Shown here: one piece after another, positions 18,520 to 28,514 of the stretch
How the letters are laid out: the number at the start of each line of letters is the position of its first letter
Position numbering within the stretch: the first letter of the stretch is position 1
Source of the DNA: a virus
Taxonomy: Duplodnaviria > Caudoviricetes
DNA: 43,403 bases
Reading direction: 5' to 3' (one strand)
IMG/VR virus record: IMGVR_UViG_3300020151_000894
Location: 1-43,403 of that record
Notes under the pieces: generated by a model
Database searches by the model: none
Told to the model about the DNA's origin: nothing
The model's input: the letters and a program-made list of their open reading frames with translations, nothing else
Program-made: the position numbers and the translations under genes

Positions 18520-19451
18520 ATATTATTTAGTTTTGAAAGTACCAAGTCATCCCAAGTGGTTTCTTTAGCGCCTTTCAATAGTTCGTTTACTTTTTCAAAT
18601 CCCATTTCACCAGCATCCTTATCGGTTGGTATAATGTTTCTCACTTTGATTCCATTCTTTTGAAACCATTCAGTATGTTTGGTGGAATCTTCAACGGCAT
18701 CTGAATCTAACATAATCGTTATATCCTTAACACCCTTTTCCATAATTTTGTTTTTCAATTTGCTAAGTAAGAACTTACCTAACAATGGAATCACATTTCT
18801 CTTTACTGAAAATGAATCGAACACACCTTCTACCAAAGTTATAGGTTCGTTCCAATTGATTTGATTCTCAAACACAATTACATCTCTACTAATTGGTGGA
18901 TTCTTATATTTCATCTTGTCATCCTCATAAAAAGAACGAGCCACAAAGTAATTAAGTTCACCACTATCATCATAGGATGGGATGATTACTCTACCACCAT
19001 ATAATCCATCTTCACAATATCCAATGTTGTGTTTTACAATATCTGCTTTCTTAATACCCCTTTTATTTAAATAATGTAGGGCTTGATTATAAGATGGGTT
19101 AATACCCTTTGGTTTAAAATATAATTGTTTGAATTCTTTTGGTAATTGTAATTTAGCTACATATTCTTCTTTGGAATCATATTCAGGTTCATCGCCATAT
19201 ACATCCCTAACCTTATTCAGGTCTCTCACATCCACATTGAGTTTGCGGAGTAGTGAATAGATACTTCTACCCTTAGAATCACATACCCAGCAATGCCATC
19301 TTTGTGTATCTAAGTTTACTTGCAGTTTCTTTTTGTGGTGATTACAAAATGGACAATGATGCGCCTGTTCATTTCCTTTTAGAGATGAACCCACACCAAG
19401 TGTAGAATCTAATATGGTGATTATTTGTAATTTGTTTCTACCAGATAGCAT
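18516..19451 (-). CDS. dnaG: DNA primase (Zn finger + TOPRIM; DnaG/T4 gp61-like)
   Basis: CPFC...CWVC zinc-binding domain, YLNKRG, GRVIIP, KYKN, LVEGVFD, MLDSD, KDAGE. True start likely ATG 19451 (MLSGRNK), because the upstream TTG lies inside the promoter. Confidence 0.9.
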   Translation of the reverse strand: MLSGRNKLQIITILDSTLGVGSSLKGNEQAHHCPFCNHHKKKLQVNLDTQRWHCWVCDSKGRSIYSLLRKLNVDVRDLNKVRDVYGDEPEYDSKEEYVAKLQLPKEFKQLYFKPKGINPSYNQALHYLNKRGIKKADIVKHNIGYCEDGLYGGRVIIPSYDDSGELNYFVARSFYEDDKMKYKNPPISRDVIVFENQINWNEPITLVEGVFDSFSVKRNVIPLLGKFLLSKLKNKIMEKGVKDITIMLDSDAVEDSTKHTEWFQKNGIKVRNIIPTDKDAGEMGFEKVNELLKGAKETTWDDLVLSKLNNI

Positions 19452-19470
19452 GATTTGGATATTATTATCA

Positions 19471-19502
19471 CAAATATACAAAAAATACCTGATATAACCA
19501 AA
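19471..19502 (-). promoter_or_regulatory. Bacteroidota housekeeping-sigma promoter driving primase-SbcCD
   Basis: TTTG (19502-19499), 20-nt spacer, TATATTTG (19478-19471). Confidence 0.8.
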
Positions 19503-19703
19503 TTAGTAAGATGAATTCTTTACATCTGAAAGAAAATCTGCTAAAAATTGTAATTTGTTAGCAATTTGCTCTCTTGGTTGATTTTGTTCAACCATTTTTT
19601 TAAGGTCTATTAGAGATGCTGCTGCAATTGAGTGTGCATCATCTTTTGAATTTAAATAAGAATCGGAGATTCCGTACTTTTTACAAATTTCTTGAATGTT
19701 CAT
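19503..19703 (-). CDS. Hypothetical protein (66 aa)
   Basis: ATG start, tight packing, helical composition. Confidence 0.6.
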   Translation of the reverse strand: MNIQEICKKYGISDSYLNSKDDAHSIAAASLIDLKKMVEQNQPREQIANKLQFLADFLSDVKNSSY

Positions 19704-19707
19704 AACT

Positions 19708-20118
19708 TTAGTTTATTATATCCCTACGGAAGAACTTTCCCATAAGGTTTTCGTTTATTGCTTGTTCGTTGGCTAGTACATCGTAATGAAACTGCCATTT
19801 AATTTCGTAATATGATAAGGATTTCTTTGAGAAACAAAATTGAATGATTTCTCTTTCAAAGTGGTCAGCGTTTCCAGCCTTTACTTCTGATTTAATCCAT
19901 TCGTTTGATGAATAGTATTTTTCCCAATCAGATGCTTTTTTTACAACCCTTCTACGAGTCTTTCCTTTAAGGGGTTTTAATCTACGAGTTTGAGTGAGTT
20001 GTTTCTTACCTATATAGAATCTACCAGTTGGGATATGTACCATTTTATAGACAAATCCAACCGCACCTTCGGGTGTGTTTTCTTCTGTAACAATATTTCC
20101 GTTAAATTTCCAGCTCAC
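19708..20118 (-). CDS. Stand-alone GIY-YIG-like nuclease domain protein
   Basis: GFVYKM...TGRFYIGKK, SDWEKYYSSN, FEREII, YYE; GTG start; no C-terminal DNA-binding extension. Confidence 0.7.
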   Translation of the reverse strand: MSWKFNGNIVTEENTPEGAVGFVYKMVHIPTGRFYIGKKQLTQTRRLKPLKGKTRRRVVKKASDWEKYYSSNEWIKSEVKAGNADHFEREIIQFCFSKKSLSYYEIKWQFHYDVLANEQAINENLMGKFFRRDIIN

Positions 20119-20349
20119 TTATTTATTTTTTGCAGTATTAACTGAATCTGCGTATTTTTTAGATGGATTAAATCCTCCAGTTGTACCACCCAATTGTCCA
20201 CCTCTTGGTTTCGATAAATCAGTTTTCATCAAATCTTTTGAGTTTTGGAATGGTTGTTCTATACCAATCGGAGTTTTATCGATACCCTTAGTATTAGCTT
20301 GAGAATCTTTTGGTTTTTTAGTTAATAATAATTCTACTATTTTAGACAT
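20119..20349 (-). CDS. Hypothetical small basic protein (76 aa)
   Basis: Preceded by ATATTTATA motif; abuts next gene. Confidence 0.6.
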   Translation of the reverse strand: MSKIVELLLTKKPKDSQANTKGIDKTPIGIEQPFQNSKDLMKTDLSKPRGGQLGGTTGGFNPSKKYADSVNTAKNK

Positions 20350-20365
20350 TTGTTTGTTATTTAAA

Positions 20366-20374
20366 TATAAATAT
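20366..20374 (-). promoter_or_regulatory. Putative late promoter ATATTTATA
   Basis: Recurring motif upstream of 20349. Confidence 0.65.
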
Positions 20375-20388
20375 AAGCGTAACTTGGT

Positions 20389-21246
20389 TTAAGTATCAAA
20401 ACGTATTATAAAATTGACAGGATAATCAGGCAAAGATTTAATTGGTTGTGGTAATTTAGCCACAGCTACCATATTTAATTCATCATCATATAATCCAATT
20501 GTTGTAATATATGGTGCTAAATATGAACCAGTTCTATCCAATGATGAACTATATTCATAATCAGCAAACCCACCTGTTTTTGTTGGGTCTAAAGAAGAAG
20601 TAACTGTATGTAATTTTATTTTACCATAATCAGACCCATTAAAATCAACTGCAGATGGGTTTTGTGATACATTAAATTCATTTTCTAAAACTGAAATGAA
20701 AATTTCATTTTCATATATGGTTTTTGTAGAACGATAGTTTAATGTAAATTGATTTAAAACAGAACCACTAACCACATCTTTTGTTACAACAACCAAGCCT
20801 CTATCATAAAATATATTACCTTTTATATTACTACCAGAATCTAATAAATTAGAGTATCCATCATCTCTATATGTTCTACTCAATGTTTCATCTTCTAAAA
20901 TAACTGTACCTACCTTTATACCTTCCCCATAATAACGTTGTGGAATTGAGATTATAGCCATTTCGTTTTCTAAAACTCTCTCATCGGTAGATGCATAGGA
21001 TTTTCTTAAACCAACTTCAAATAAAGCGGATGCTGTTGCTGGGTTTGTGTAAAATTGTGCTTTAATTGATTCGTAGATTACTTTTTTATTAAACCCTTGA
21101 CTTTTAGCGTCAGAATCTACATCAATAAAAGTATTATTTGGATTTTCACCAAAAATAGGAAATACGTCATTCTCATCTAAAGTCCATTCTTTGTAAACTT
21201 TAATTGGTCTTGTTATTATATCCGATTTAGAAATTTCTTTTAACAT
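20389..21246 (-). CDS. Virion structural protein (baseplate/tail-collar-like), paralog of 21329..22567
   Basis: GNIFYDRGLVV, EFNVSQNPS, YITTIGLYDDELNMVAVAKL.QPI shared with neighbour. Confidence 0.7.
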   Translation of the reverse strand: MLKEISKSDIITRPIKVYKEWTLDENDVFPIFGENPNNTFIDVDSDAKSQGFNKKVIYESIKAQFYTNPATASALFEVGLRKSYASTDERVLENEMAIISIPQRYYGEGIKVGTVILEDETLSRTYRDDGYSNLLDSGSNIKGNIFYDRGLVVVTKDVVSGSVLNQFTLNYRSTKTIYENEIFISVLENEFNVSQNPSAVDFNGSDYGKIKLHTVTSSLDPTKTGGFADYEYSSSLDRTGSYLAPYITTIGLYDDELNMVAVAKLPQPIKSLPDYPVNFIIRFDT

Positions 21247-21262
21247 CTAAGTTTTGATTTTA

Positions 21263-21271
21263 TATAAATAT
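21263..21271 (-). promoter_or_regulatory. Putative late promoter ATATTTATA
   Basis: Recurring motif located just downstream of a terminator. Confidence 0.65.
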
Positions 21272-21280
21272 TCTTTAAAT

Positions 21281-21308
21281 AAAAAACCCCCATTGTGTGG
21301 GGGTCTTT
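21281..21308 (-). terminator. Intrinsic terminator
   Basis: Minus strand ACCCCCA-cacaa-TGGGGGT followed by T-tract, downstream of the 21329 stop. Confidence 0.85.
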
Positions 21309-21328
21309 CATATTATATTATTTTCTAA

Positions 21329-22567
21329 TTAGAATGATAATTTAACTTTTATTAAAACTTCCTTATCAAAAGATTTTACAATTGGTTGTGATGTTTTAGC
21401 CACCGCAATCAATTCGTTTGCATCGTTCAATAAACCTACAGTTGTAATGAATGTTTGTGGGTCAGTTTCAAATGTACCTTCTACAAAGAATCCATCTGCA
21501 TCAATATAAGTTGGGTTATTAGAATAATTAAATTCTCTATTCGTTGCTCTTACAAAGAAATGTTGAGTAGAAATGTTTTCAGTTCTTCTTGCTTCAAAAT
21601 CACCACCTCTACGGATTGCCTGAAGTAATCTATATTGATTAAACATTTCAGCTCCAGTTGAGTGAGATGGGGTTACACTACCACTTTGAATGATAGCACC
21701 ATCTTTTGTGTAAATTGTTTGGTTTGCAATAGTACCTAATGTATCACCAATTGCTTCAGCATTAAGAACAATAATACCTCTATCAGGATAGAATGTACCA
21801 TATCCTTGTCCGTTTGATGCGGTTGTAGTATTAATTGTTGCTTGGTTTTCAGTTCCTAAATTCAATGAACCAGAAACAACTTTAAATGTTCTACCACTTA
21901 ATCCCAAATCATCACCAAATTTCTTACCACTATTATCAATGAATGTGAATGTACCATTACCAGCCGTTAATTTTAATGACCAGTTACCAGCATCCATTTT
22001 TTCTCTATATCTACCTCTAGCTACATTGATAATGTAAACTGCGTTACAATCTTGTAATGTACCAGCTGAATTTTGGAATGAGAATTTAGTATCAGTTGGG
22101 TCTAACAACATTGCTCTATATTGAGCGTAAGTTGCTTTAGTTGCTAAAAGAGCAGAATCATTAACATCTAATGTCATAGAACCACTTCCATGTACATGTC
22201 CGTAAGCAATTGCAAATTGTACCTCTGCTGAATCGGAATATGTTGTTGGATTGTAATCATATACATTAGCGTAATAGTATCCGCTAGTTGCTGTTGTTTG
22301 TGCAGATGCAGTAAAGAATTGTGCTAAAGAACCAGAATCACCAGTCCATAAACCAGTAGTTACTACTTCCGTTTTTGCATTAACTTTATCAAAATCACCA
22401 AATCTTTTGTAAATACCAGTAGTTACACCACTTGTGTTTGAAGCGATTTGCTGACCAGCTGGTAATACGCTATTTAAAATAGATACAATTTGGTTTGTAT
22501 CAACCGTACCAGAGTTTGCTAATGCTGCAATCTGGGCGGTTACGTTAGGGTCATTTATTAGTGCCAT
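21329..22567 (-). CDS. Virion structural protein (baseplate/tail-collar-like)
   Basis: YGTFYPDRGIIVL, EFNYSNNPT, FITTVGLLNDANELIAVAKTSQPI; structural module context. Confidence 0.7.
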   Translation of the reverse strand: MALINDPNVTAQIAALANSGTVDTNQIVSILNSVLPAGQQIASNTSGVTTGIYKRFGDFDKVNAKTEVVTTGLWTGDSGSLAQFFTASAQTTATSGYYYANVYDYNPTTYSDSAEVQFAIAYGHVHGSGSMTLDVNDSALLATKATYAQYRAMLLDPTDTKFSFQNSAGTLQDCNAVYIINVARGRYREKMDAGNWSLKLTAGNGTFTFIDNSGKKFGDDLGLSGRTFKVVSGSLNLGTENQATINTTTASNGQGYGTFYPDRGIIVLNAEAIGDTLGTIANQTIYTKDGAIIQSGSVTPSHSTGAEMFNQYRLLQAIRRGGDFEARRTENISTQHFFVRATNREFNYSNNPTYIDADGFFVEGTFETDPQTFITTVGLLNDANELIAVAKTSQPIVKSFDKEVLIKVKLSF

Positions 22568-22580
22568 TATTTATGTCTTT

Positions 22581-23204
22581 TTATGCTTTATATGTTACCG
22601 TTACAGGTATAGTTTGAGAACCTCCAGTTTCGTTTCCATAAACTGTCAATGTAGTTGCTACATCGATTGTTAAGTTTGGATTTGGAGTAAATCTAAATTC
22701 TAAACCACTTACTACCTGTGCAGTTGTTGTAATTTCTTCTCCTAAGAATACAGGAACACTACCTACTGCAGTTGCTCCTCTAGTCACAGTCAATGTACCA
22801 GCTCTTTGGTCGGTTAATACCACAGTGTATCCTGCGTTTGCGTTTCCAGCAGGAGAAGTTGTTGGTGTTAATCCAACACCACCTTCTAACTGATTTACAG
22901 CTATTGAAGGTACACCCAATCTTACAGTTGGGATTTGTGTAGTTCCTTTTGGTAAGGTAACTAATTTATATCTTAATACTTGTGTTTCATCAGGAGATGC
23001 TTCCGTAATAGGAATAGCTCTGATTGCTGAATCATAGTATGCAGAACCCTTTGGGTGTGCCGGTTCGTAAAGTGTATAATCAATCTCATCATCACCCAAA
23101 GCGAACTTTGAAATGTTTAGAGATTGACCAGATGCTAATTTTTGTCTTCCTTTTTTGGTAAGAATTGCATCTACGGTAATTTCGGTATTATCTAAATATG
23201 CCAT
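22581..23204 (-). CDS. Virion structural protein (tail-collar/baseplate-like N-terminus)
   Basis: DAILTKKGRQKLA...ISKFALGDDEIDY resembles tail-collar fibre N-termini. Confidence 0.65.
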   Translation of the reverse strand: MAYLDNTEITVDAILTKKGRQKLASGQSLNISKFALGDDEIDYTLYEPAHPKGSAYYDSAIRAIPITEASPDETQVLRYKLVTLPKGTTQIPTVRLGVPSIAVNQLEGGVGLTPTTSPAGNANAGYTVVLTDQRAGTLTVTRGATAVGSVPVFLGEEITTTAQVVSGLEFRFTPNPNLTIDVATTLTVYGNETGGSQTIPVTVTYKA

Positions 23205-23234
23205 TTGATATTGTTTTTAATGCTTTATTTCTAA

Positions 23235-23243
23235 AATAAATAT
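23235..23243 (-). promoter_or_regulatory. Putative late promoter ATATTTATT
   Basis: Recurring motif upstream of 23204. Confidence 0.55.
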
Positions 23244-23264
23244 AACCAATTAATATTTTCAATC

Positions 23265-26200
23265 TTAATCAACTTCCAATATAGGTTCACCTGAACCTCT
23301 ACCAGTCTTAGCAACTCTAAGTATGTTAGGGTTAGTTGTAAATGTTTCAACAGGACTTAATCCATCAGGTGTAGTTGCTAAAGTTTGTTGAGAACCCTTC
23401 CAAAATGAACGTTGCATTCCCTCACCCAATCCATTTACAAATTTATAGTGAGTTGGAAGGTATCCGTTGATAGGTGTTACCTGTACTACATCGTTTCCAA
23501 TAGATATACTTCCACTAAAAGGTAGTAATGATACATAGTACTTATCTTCAAAGGTAGTTGTTGTACTATATTTAACCGGACCTGATGTTGTTGCTGGGTA
23601 TCCACCTGTTTGTACTTTCTTCTTTTTAGATTTAGTTTCTTTTACTAAAAATGCACTAACTCTACTTCCAGTAGTTTCAAGGTTTCCAAACACACCATCA
23701 ATAGTTCTATATACGGAGTTACCACGTTTTGCATATAATCCATAACCTAAATTAGCTAATGAATTTTTATCCATTCCAATTTGTGTTGATGAGAATGAAT
23801 CAACTTCTCCATATAAACTTTCCCCAGTAGGACATTCTATATTAACAGAACCCTGCGATGGGTATGTAGGATACTCTGTATCTAATATATCCACAAAGTT
23901 ATAATCAATTGATGATTCGTATGTTGGGTTTGTACTTTCTAAAACAACCCCATCATTAGCATCAACCACACCATCAAAGTTATTTAAATTACTTTCCAAT
24001 GTTGCTATCTCTTGTGCATTTAATTCACCTTCATTATAATCAAATGTAGAATCAATAGAAACATCATCAAAAGTTGGTATAGTTGTATCAAAATCATTTT
24101 TAGACGATTCTGGTTTTGTCCATTTAACTTTACTTCTTTCCAAATAGTGAGGTTCTATTAATAAACCCTTTGATACTTTTGCTCTAGCAGGTGCTAAATC
24201 ATCCAATACATCAAAAAGAGATTTATCAATATATCTTACCAACTGAATGTATTCGTATATGTTTCTATCTAATCTTTCAAAATAATAGTTTCTTAAAACT
24301 CCTAATTGTTTGTAAGAATCTTTGTATTCATCTGATGGGTCACCAATATAGTTATCAATATTAAAATCACCAAATGCTTTTAAGATATCCATATTTAACT
24401 CCTTAATCGGAGAAAAGAATAATCCCAAACGATTTGAATCTATTGGAGCTCTATCAAATGATTTTTTAGTTGCTCTTACTTTATGAGATAAATCAGTTAT
24501 TAATGTTTGTTCTTCAAAACGAATTTTATTAGAAACATTAAATCCTAAAGATGGAACATTAGCTGTTACAGTTCTATCGTATGGTGTGTATTGATATGGA
24601 TAAGCTGATGCCGAATACATATTACTTGCCGAAGCAAATGGTTCAGCATAACTTTCATTAATCGCAACATTCTTAATAAATGAATCTTTAGTTCTATCTT
24701 TTGGATACTCAAAATCTAAACGGAATAGTAAATCTTTTGTAGATGAATCAAAATCATTTCCATTAATTGCATCAGGGAATAAACTATGATTTTCAAACTT
24801 ACTTCTTTGTAATGGAACTGTCCATAAACGAACTTCATCTACATTACCTTCAAATCCATTACCACCAATTTGTAATGATGAACCAGTTTCCCATTGATTA
24901 TCAGATGTCAATAAAGACATACTAACAAATGTATTTATTCTAATACCATCGGATGTTGCCATCCATATTTCATATTGTGATTGTGAACCACCATAATTGT
25001 ATCTATTGATAGCTATATTTGTATAGTTATCTAATGATAATGGAATATTAACACTACCTGTTTTATATTCAGGCCCAAACACATATTCTTCGCTTGTTAT
25101 ATCAATATATGGAGTACCAACTCCAGTAGTCATAAAGTAACTACTCTCACCAACATCACCTCCAAAGTTTAATTCTAATGAAACAAATGAACCAGTTGTT
25201 CTAACAAAATCAACTTTCCACTCACTACCAGAAATTAAAGTATATGATGGATTTGGTAATTCGTTTGGTTTTACTCTAAACTCTACACATGCTGGATAAT
25301 TTCCAGTTGTTGGTGCTACTTTCCAAGGTACTTTAATGTTTGAGCTACCATTTGCATTTAAGCTACCAGTTAAGAATATTGCAGCTGTCCTATCATCAAA
25401 AGTAAATTTAGTTGTTGCATCGGTAGTTGGGTCCTGAGGTCCGCCAAATTCCATTATTGTCAACATAGATTGTGGTACACCATAACAAGCCATAATAGCT
25501 TTCATAGCTCTACCAGTTCCTTTATGTTTTAAAATATATGGAAGGTTATTTAGTATTCTTCTCCAAACTTGATTGTTTGCTTCATCAAGAGGCATTGAAT
25601 ATATTTTATTTCCTTCTTTGTTAGTACCATATACATGCTCCCAAAGGAAATTTGAATTAAATGCTCTTTTAGTATCCCATCCAAATGATTCTAATACAGG
25701 CCCAACAATAGTATTTATTATATTTTTTGATTGAAGCTCTCCTACTTTTTTACTGTCTCTAAGAGAGTTTATATAAGTCCAAATTATATCAAAGTGCTGA
25801 CCTATCATATCTAAGAATACGATAAAATCGTTATTATCATAATCTTCTTGTATAAACAATGGAAGATTATTTACTAAATAATTTGTATTATATGCATCAT
25901 AATATTCAGCAGATGCAACTATTATATTATACCAAAGTTTTGCCTCATCAGTTGTTGTTAAATAATTTACTTTCCTTAATATACTATCTTGGGATACATT
26001 ATCAAATTTAGGATATGCTAGACTATTAGTAGAGGTATAAAGATATTTTTCAAATCCATCAAAGTTTTGTATTATATTATTTATTTTATTCAATAAAATA
26101 CCAGATTCATCAATTGAGTATTGAGAATAACGTATAGGTATTTCAAATTGTACATCTAATGAATCTTCTGTGTTTAAAATTTCATTTCCTTCTATTTCAG

Positions 26201-28499
26201 GTGTGAATATTCCTAAAGCATCTTCTGTTAATACATAACCGATTTGGTATGTTTGCTCTGTAATTAGTTGGTATTCTTGAATATATTTTTCAAGTATCCC
26301 AAGTTTATACATAAAATTATTTACCCTTTCCTCAGCAGAACCAAAGTTTACATAATTGCTCCACACATATTCAGAACCACTTACATATTCTATATTTAAT
26401 TTGCTAGTATCAATTCCTTTAGATTGTACATAGTTATTATATAATACATTAGATGAATATGAACCACTCGCTATTAATTCATCAAAAATTTGATAACCAA
26501 TTCCGTTATCAACCTCTAAAGAAAAATTAGGTCCTTTTAATGGAGGACAAACATCGCTTGTATCACCAACTAATCGTATAGTATCAATTATTGGATTTGC
26601 TAAAATTTTAGAAATCCAAACTTGTTGATTGGTTTGTATTGATGTTGGTAATGGTTCGTATAATTTTACTATTAACGAATTTTGACTACCAGTCCAAGTT
26701 GTAATTAATTTATTATCACCTTCACCAAAATGTAATAAATGACTTAGGTATTTAGAAGATTTTTCTCTTAATAAACTTCTATCAAATTGATTTATAAATC
26801 CTTCAGCTATTCTATTAATAGCTACATTTCTTGGAATTGTATAATTACTTTTTACAAATTTAATTGTAATAAATTCTTCTTTACCACTAACAGTTTCAAT
26901 ACCACTAATGTTATATGGTATTAATTTTAAATTAAATACAATATTGTTAGTATCTTCAGCTACATTATTTCCGGCTAGTTCTAATAATTGTTTTACATTT
27001 AAGGATATATTTCCGCTGGATTGTAGTTGTGTAAAATTAGTACCATTGTATAATCTAACATAATCCGTATTAATTGATTCGTATGCTATTTGAAAATTAA
27101 CATCAGTTCCAGCAAAATCAGGTCCAAATAATTCGGAAGGATATGATATATTTCTTATATCAGGTATACCAACATAAGCTTCGTTTACAACATTTAGAGT
27201 AAACTCAATAGGATTACCATCACCTTGAGCTCCGCCTACCCCTACTAATGTTCTTTTTGTTGTAGATGGTACTAATACTACTCTATATTTTCCTATATTT
27301 TGTATCGCTGCAGCCGGTATTGCTACAATGGCTGAATTGGCATCATCTCGTAAGTTAGAATATTTATAAACGTTATCTCCTATATAAATTGATATATCAG
27401 ATACTGCTCTATTCTTAAATACACCAATAGGTATATCTGATTTTTCGTTTATATTGTATTTTTTAACTCCTTCTTTATTTACAAAATCAATTAATGGTAT
27501 TATTTTTCTAGTAGGAGTCTCTATTGTAGTTATTGATATTTTTCTATTGGACTCCGCTTCAAATGTTAAAAATACACTTTTAGGTCTTAATAAAAGACCA
27601 GTTGGAGAATCTTCTAATTCAGGTAATATTTCTTCAGATGTTCCATCTGCATTAAGCACTAATATTTTTGATATTATATATTGTGTTATGTCGGATGATG
27701 AAATTGATAATTGTGTTCCAATTTTTTCTGTGTAGGTATATACTTTTTGAATTGTTAGTATATCGCTTGCTGTTCCATTTGAGTATGAAACAGAATCACC
27801 AAGACCATCCACTTCAATTGTAATAGTTACATTCTCACCCAATACAGGTGTATCAATAATTGCATTCGATTTTTCTAAATTAAAATCAACATCAATTATT
27901 TGATTTGATGCATTATATGGAAACGTTTGTATTACATCATCCTTATAATATTCAACTATTACTTCAAATGGTGGTGTGCTTGTGTATATCGGTTCATTAT
28001 TCCCAACTAAAGGTTCATTATAGTTTGGCAACAATCTATTTTGATAACCAATTAAACTGTCTCCTAAGTTTATATTAAAGTTTAAATTACTAAAATTAAA
28101 ATTTAAATTAGGTACAGCTCTAAATACATATTTTTCATTTGATTTGAATCCAAGTTTATCAACAGTTATAACTTTACTTCCAAATTTTAATAAGTCATTT
28201 AGAGATATATCTAATTTGTCTGTTGTTGTTTTGAATGTATTTTCAGAATTTACATATATTTGTGCAGATTCATTTGCCTTAATGTTTACTATTAGGTTGG
28301 TATTTGCGTTTATTGTACCATACGCATTTGGATTCGTTGTAATTGGAATTATTACATCATTTGGGGTAGATACAACTCCTCCACCTCCACCTCCACCAAA
28401 GGATACGGATGAATCGCTAATACTATTAAGTACATTTGAAGGGTTTGTTCCATTGAATGAAAAATCATCCCCCATTATTCCAAAATTTGCTTCTACCAT
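23265..28499 (-). CDS. Large baseplate wedge/tail protein (P2 gpI / T4 gp7-like segment plus LamG-like domain), 1744 aa
   Basis: NLPYILKHKGT..A (gpI-like KGT motif); IGGNGFEGNVDEVRLWTVPL (LamG-like). Confidence 0.65.
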   Translation of the reverse strand: MVEANFGIMGDDFSFNGTNPSNVLNSISDSSVSFGGGGGGGVVSTPNDVIIPITTNPNAYGTINANTNLIVNIKANESAQIYVNSENTFKTTTDKLDISLNDLLKFGSKVITVDKLGFKSNEKYVFRAVPNLNFNFSNLNFNINLGDSLIGYQNRLLPNYNEPLVGNNEPIYTSTPPFEVIVEYYKDDVIQTFPYNASNQIIDVDFNLEKSNAIIDTPVLGENVTITIEVDGLGDSVSYSNGTASDILTIQKVYTYTEKIGTQLSISSSDITQYIISKILVLNADGTSEEILPELEDSPTGLLLRPKSVFLTFEAESNRKISITTIETPTRKIIPLIDFVNKEGVKKYNINEKSDIPIGVFKNRAVSDISIYIGDNVYKYSNLRDDANSAIVAIPAAAIQNIGKYRVVLVPSTTKRTLVGVGGAQGDGNPIEFTLNVVNEAYVGIPDIRNISYPSELFGPDFAGTDVNFQIAYESINTDYVRLYNGTNFTQLQSSGNISLNVKQLLELAGNNVAEDTNNIVFNLKLIPYNISGIETVSGKEEFITIKFVKSNYTIPRNVAINRIAEGFINQFDRSLLREKSSKYLSHLLHFGEGDNKLITTWTGSQNSLIVKLYEPLPTSIQTNQQVWISKILANPIIDTIRLVGDTSDVCPPLKGPNFSLEVDNGIGYQIFDELIASGSYSSNVLYNNYVQSKGIDTSKLNIEYVSGSEYVWSNYVNFGSAEERVNNFMYKLGILEKYIQEYQLITEQTYQIGYVLTEDALGIFTPEIEGNEILNTEDSLDVQFEIPIRYSQYSIDESGILLNKINNIIQNFDGFEKYLYTSTNSLAYPKFDNVSQDSILRKVNYLTTTDEAKLWYNIIVASAEYYDAYNTNYLVNNLPLFIQEDYDNNDFIVFLDMIGQHFDIIWTYINSLRDSKKVGELQSKNIINTIVGPVLESFGWDTKRAFNSNFLWEHVYGTNKEGNKIYSMPLDEANNQVWRRILNNLPYILKHKGTGRAMKAIMACYGVPQSMLTIMEFGGPQDPTTDATTKFTFDDRTAAIFLTGSLNANGSSNIKVPWKVAPTTGNYPACVEFRVKPNELPNPSYTLISGSEWKVDFVRTTGSFVSLELNFGGDVGESSYFMTTGVGTPYIDITSEEYVFGPEYKTGSVNIPLSLDNYTNIAINRYNYGGSQSQYEIWMATSDGIRINTFVSMSLLTSDNQWETGSSLQIGGNGFEGNVDEVRLWTVPLQRSKFENHSLFPDAINGNDFDSSTKDLLFRLDFEYPKDRTKDSFIKNVAINESYAEPFASASNMYSASAYPYQYTPYDRTVTANVPSLGFNVSNKIRFEEQTLITDLSHKVRATKKSFDRAPIDSNRLGLFFSPIKELNMDILKAFGDFNIDNYIGDPSDEYKDSYKQLGVLRNYYFERLDRNIYEYIQLVRYIDKSLFDVLDDLAPARAKVSKGLLIEPHYLERSKVKWTKPESSKNDFDTTIPTFDDVSIDSTFDYNEGELNAQEIATLESNLNNFDGVVDANDGVVLESTNPTYESSIDYNFVDILDTEYPTYPSQGSVNIECPTGESLYGEVDSFSSTQIGMDKNSLANLGYGLYAKRGNSVYRTIDGVFGNLETTGSRVSAFLVKETKSKKKKVQTGGYPATTSGPVKYSTTTTFEDKYYVSLLPFSGSISIGNDVVQVTPINGYLPTHYKFVNGLGEGMQRSFWKGSQQTLATTPDGLSPVETFTTNPNILRVAKTGRGSGEPILEVD

Positions 28500-28504
28500 T
28501 ACTT

Positions 28505-28513
28505 AATAAATAT
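28505..28513 (-). promoter_or_regulatory. Putative late promoter ATATTTATT
   Basis: Recurring motif only 5 nt upstream of ATG 28499 (leaderless transcript or a later true start). Confidence 0.45.
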
Positions 28514-28514
28514 T

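Noticed and set aside
19452-19481. TTG start for primase giving MYICDNNIQI extension
   Set aside because: Overlaps the -7 promoter element; ATG 19451 is more plausible.
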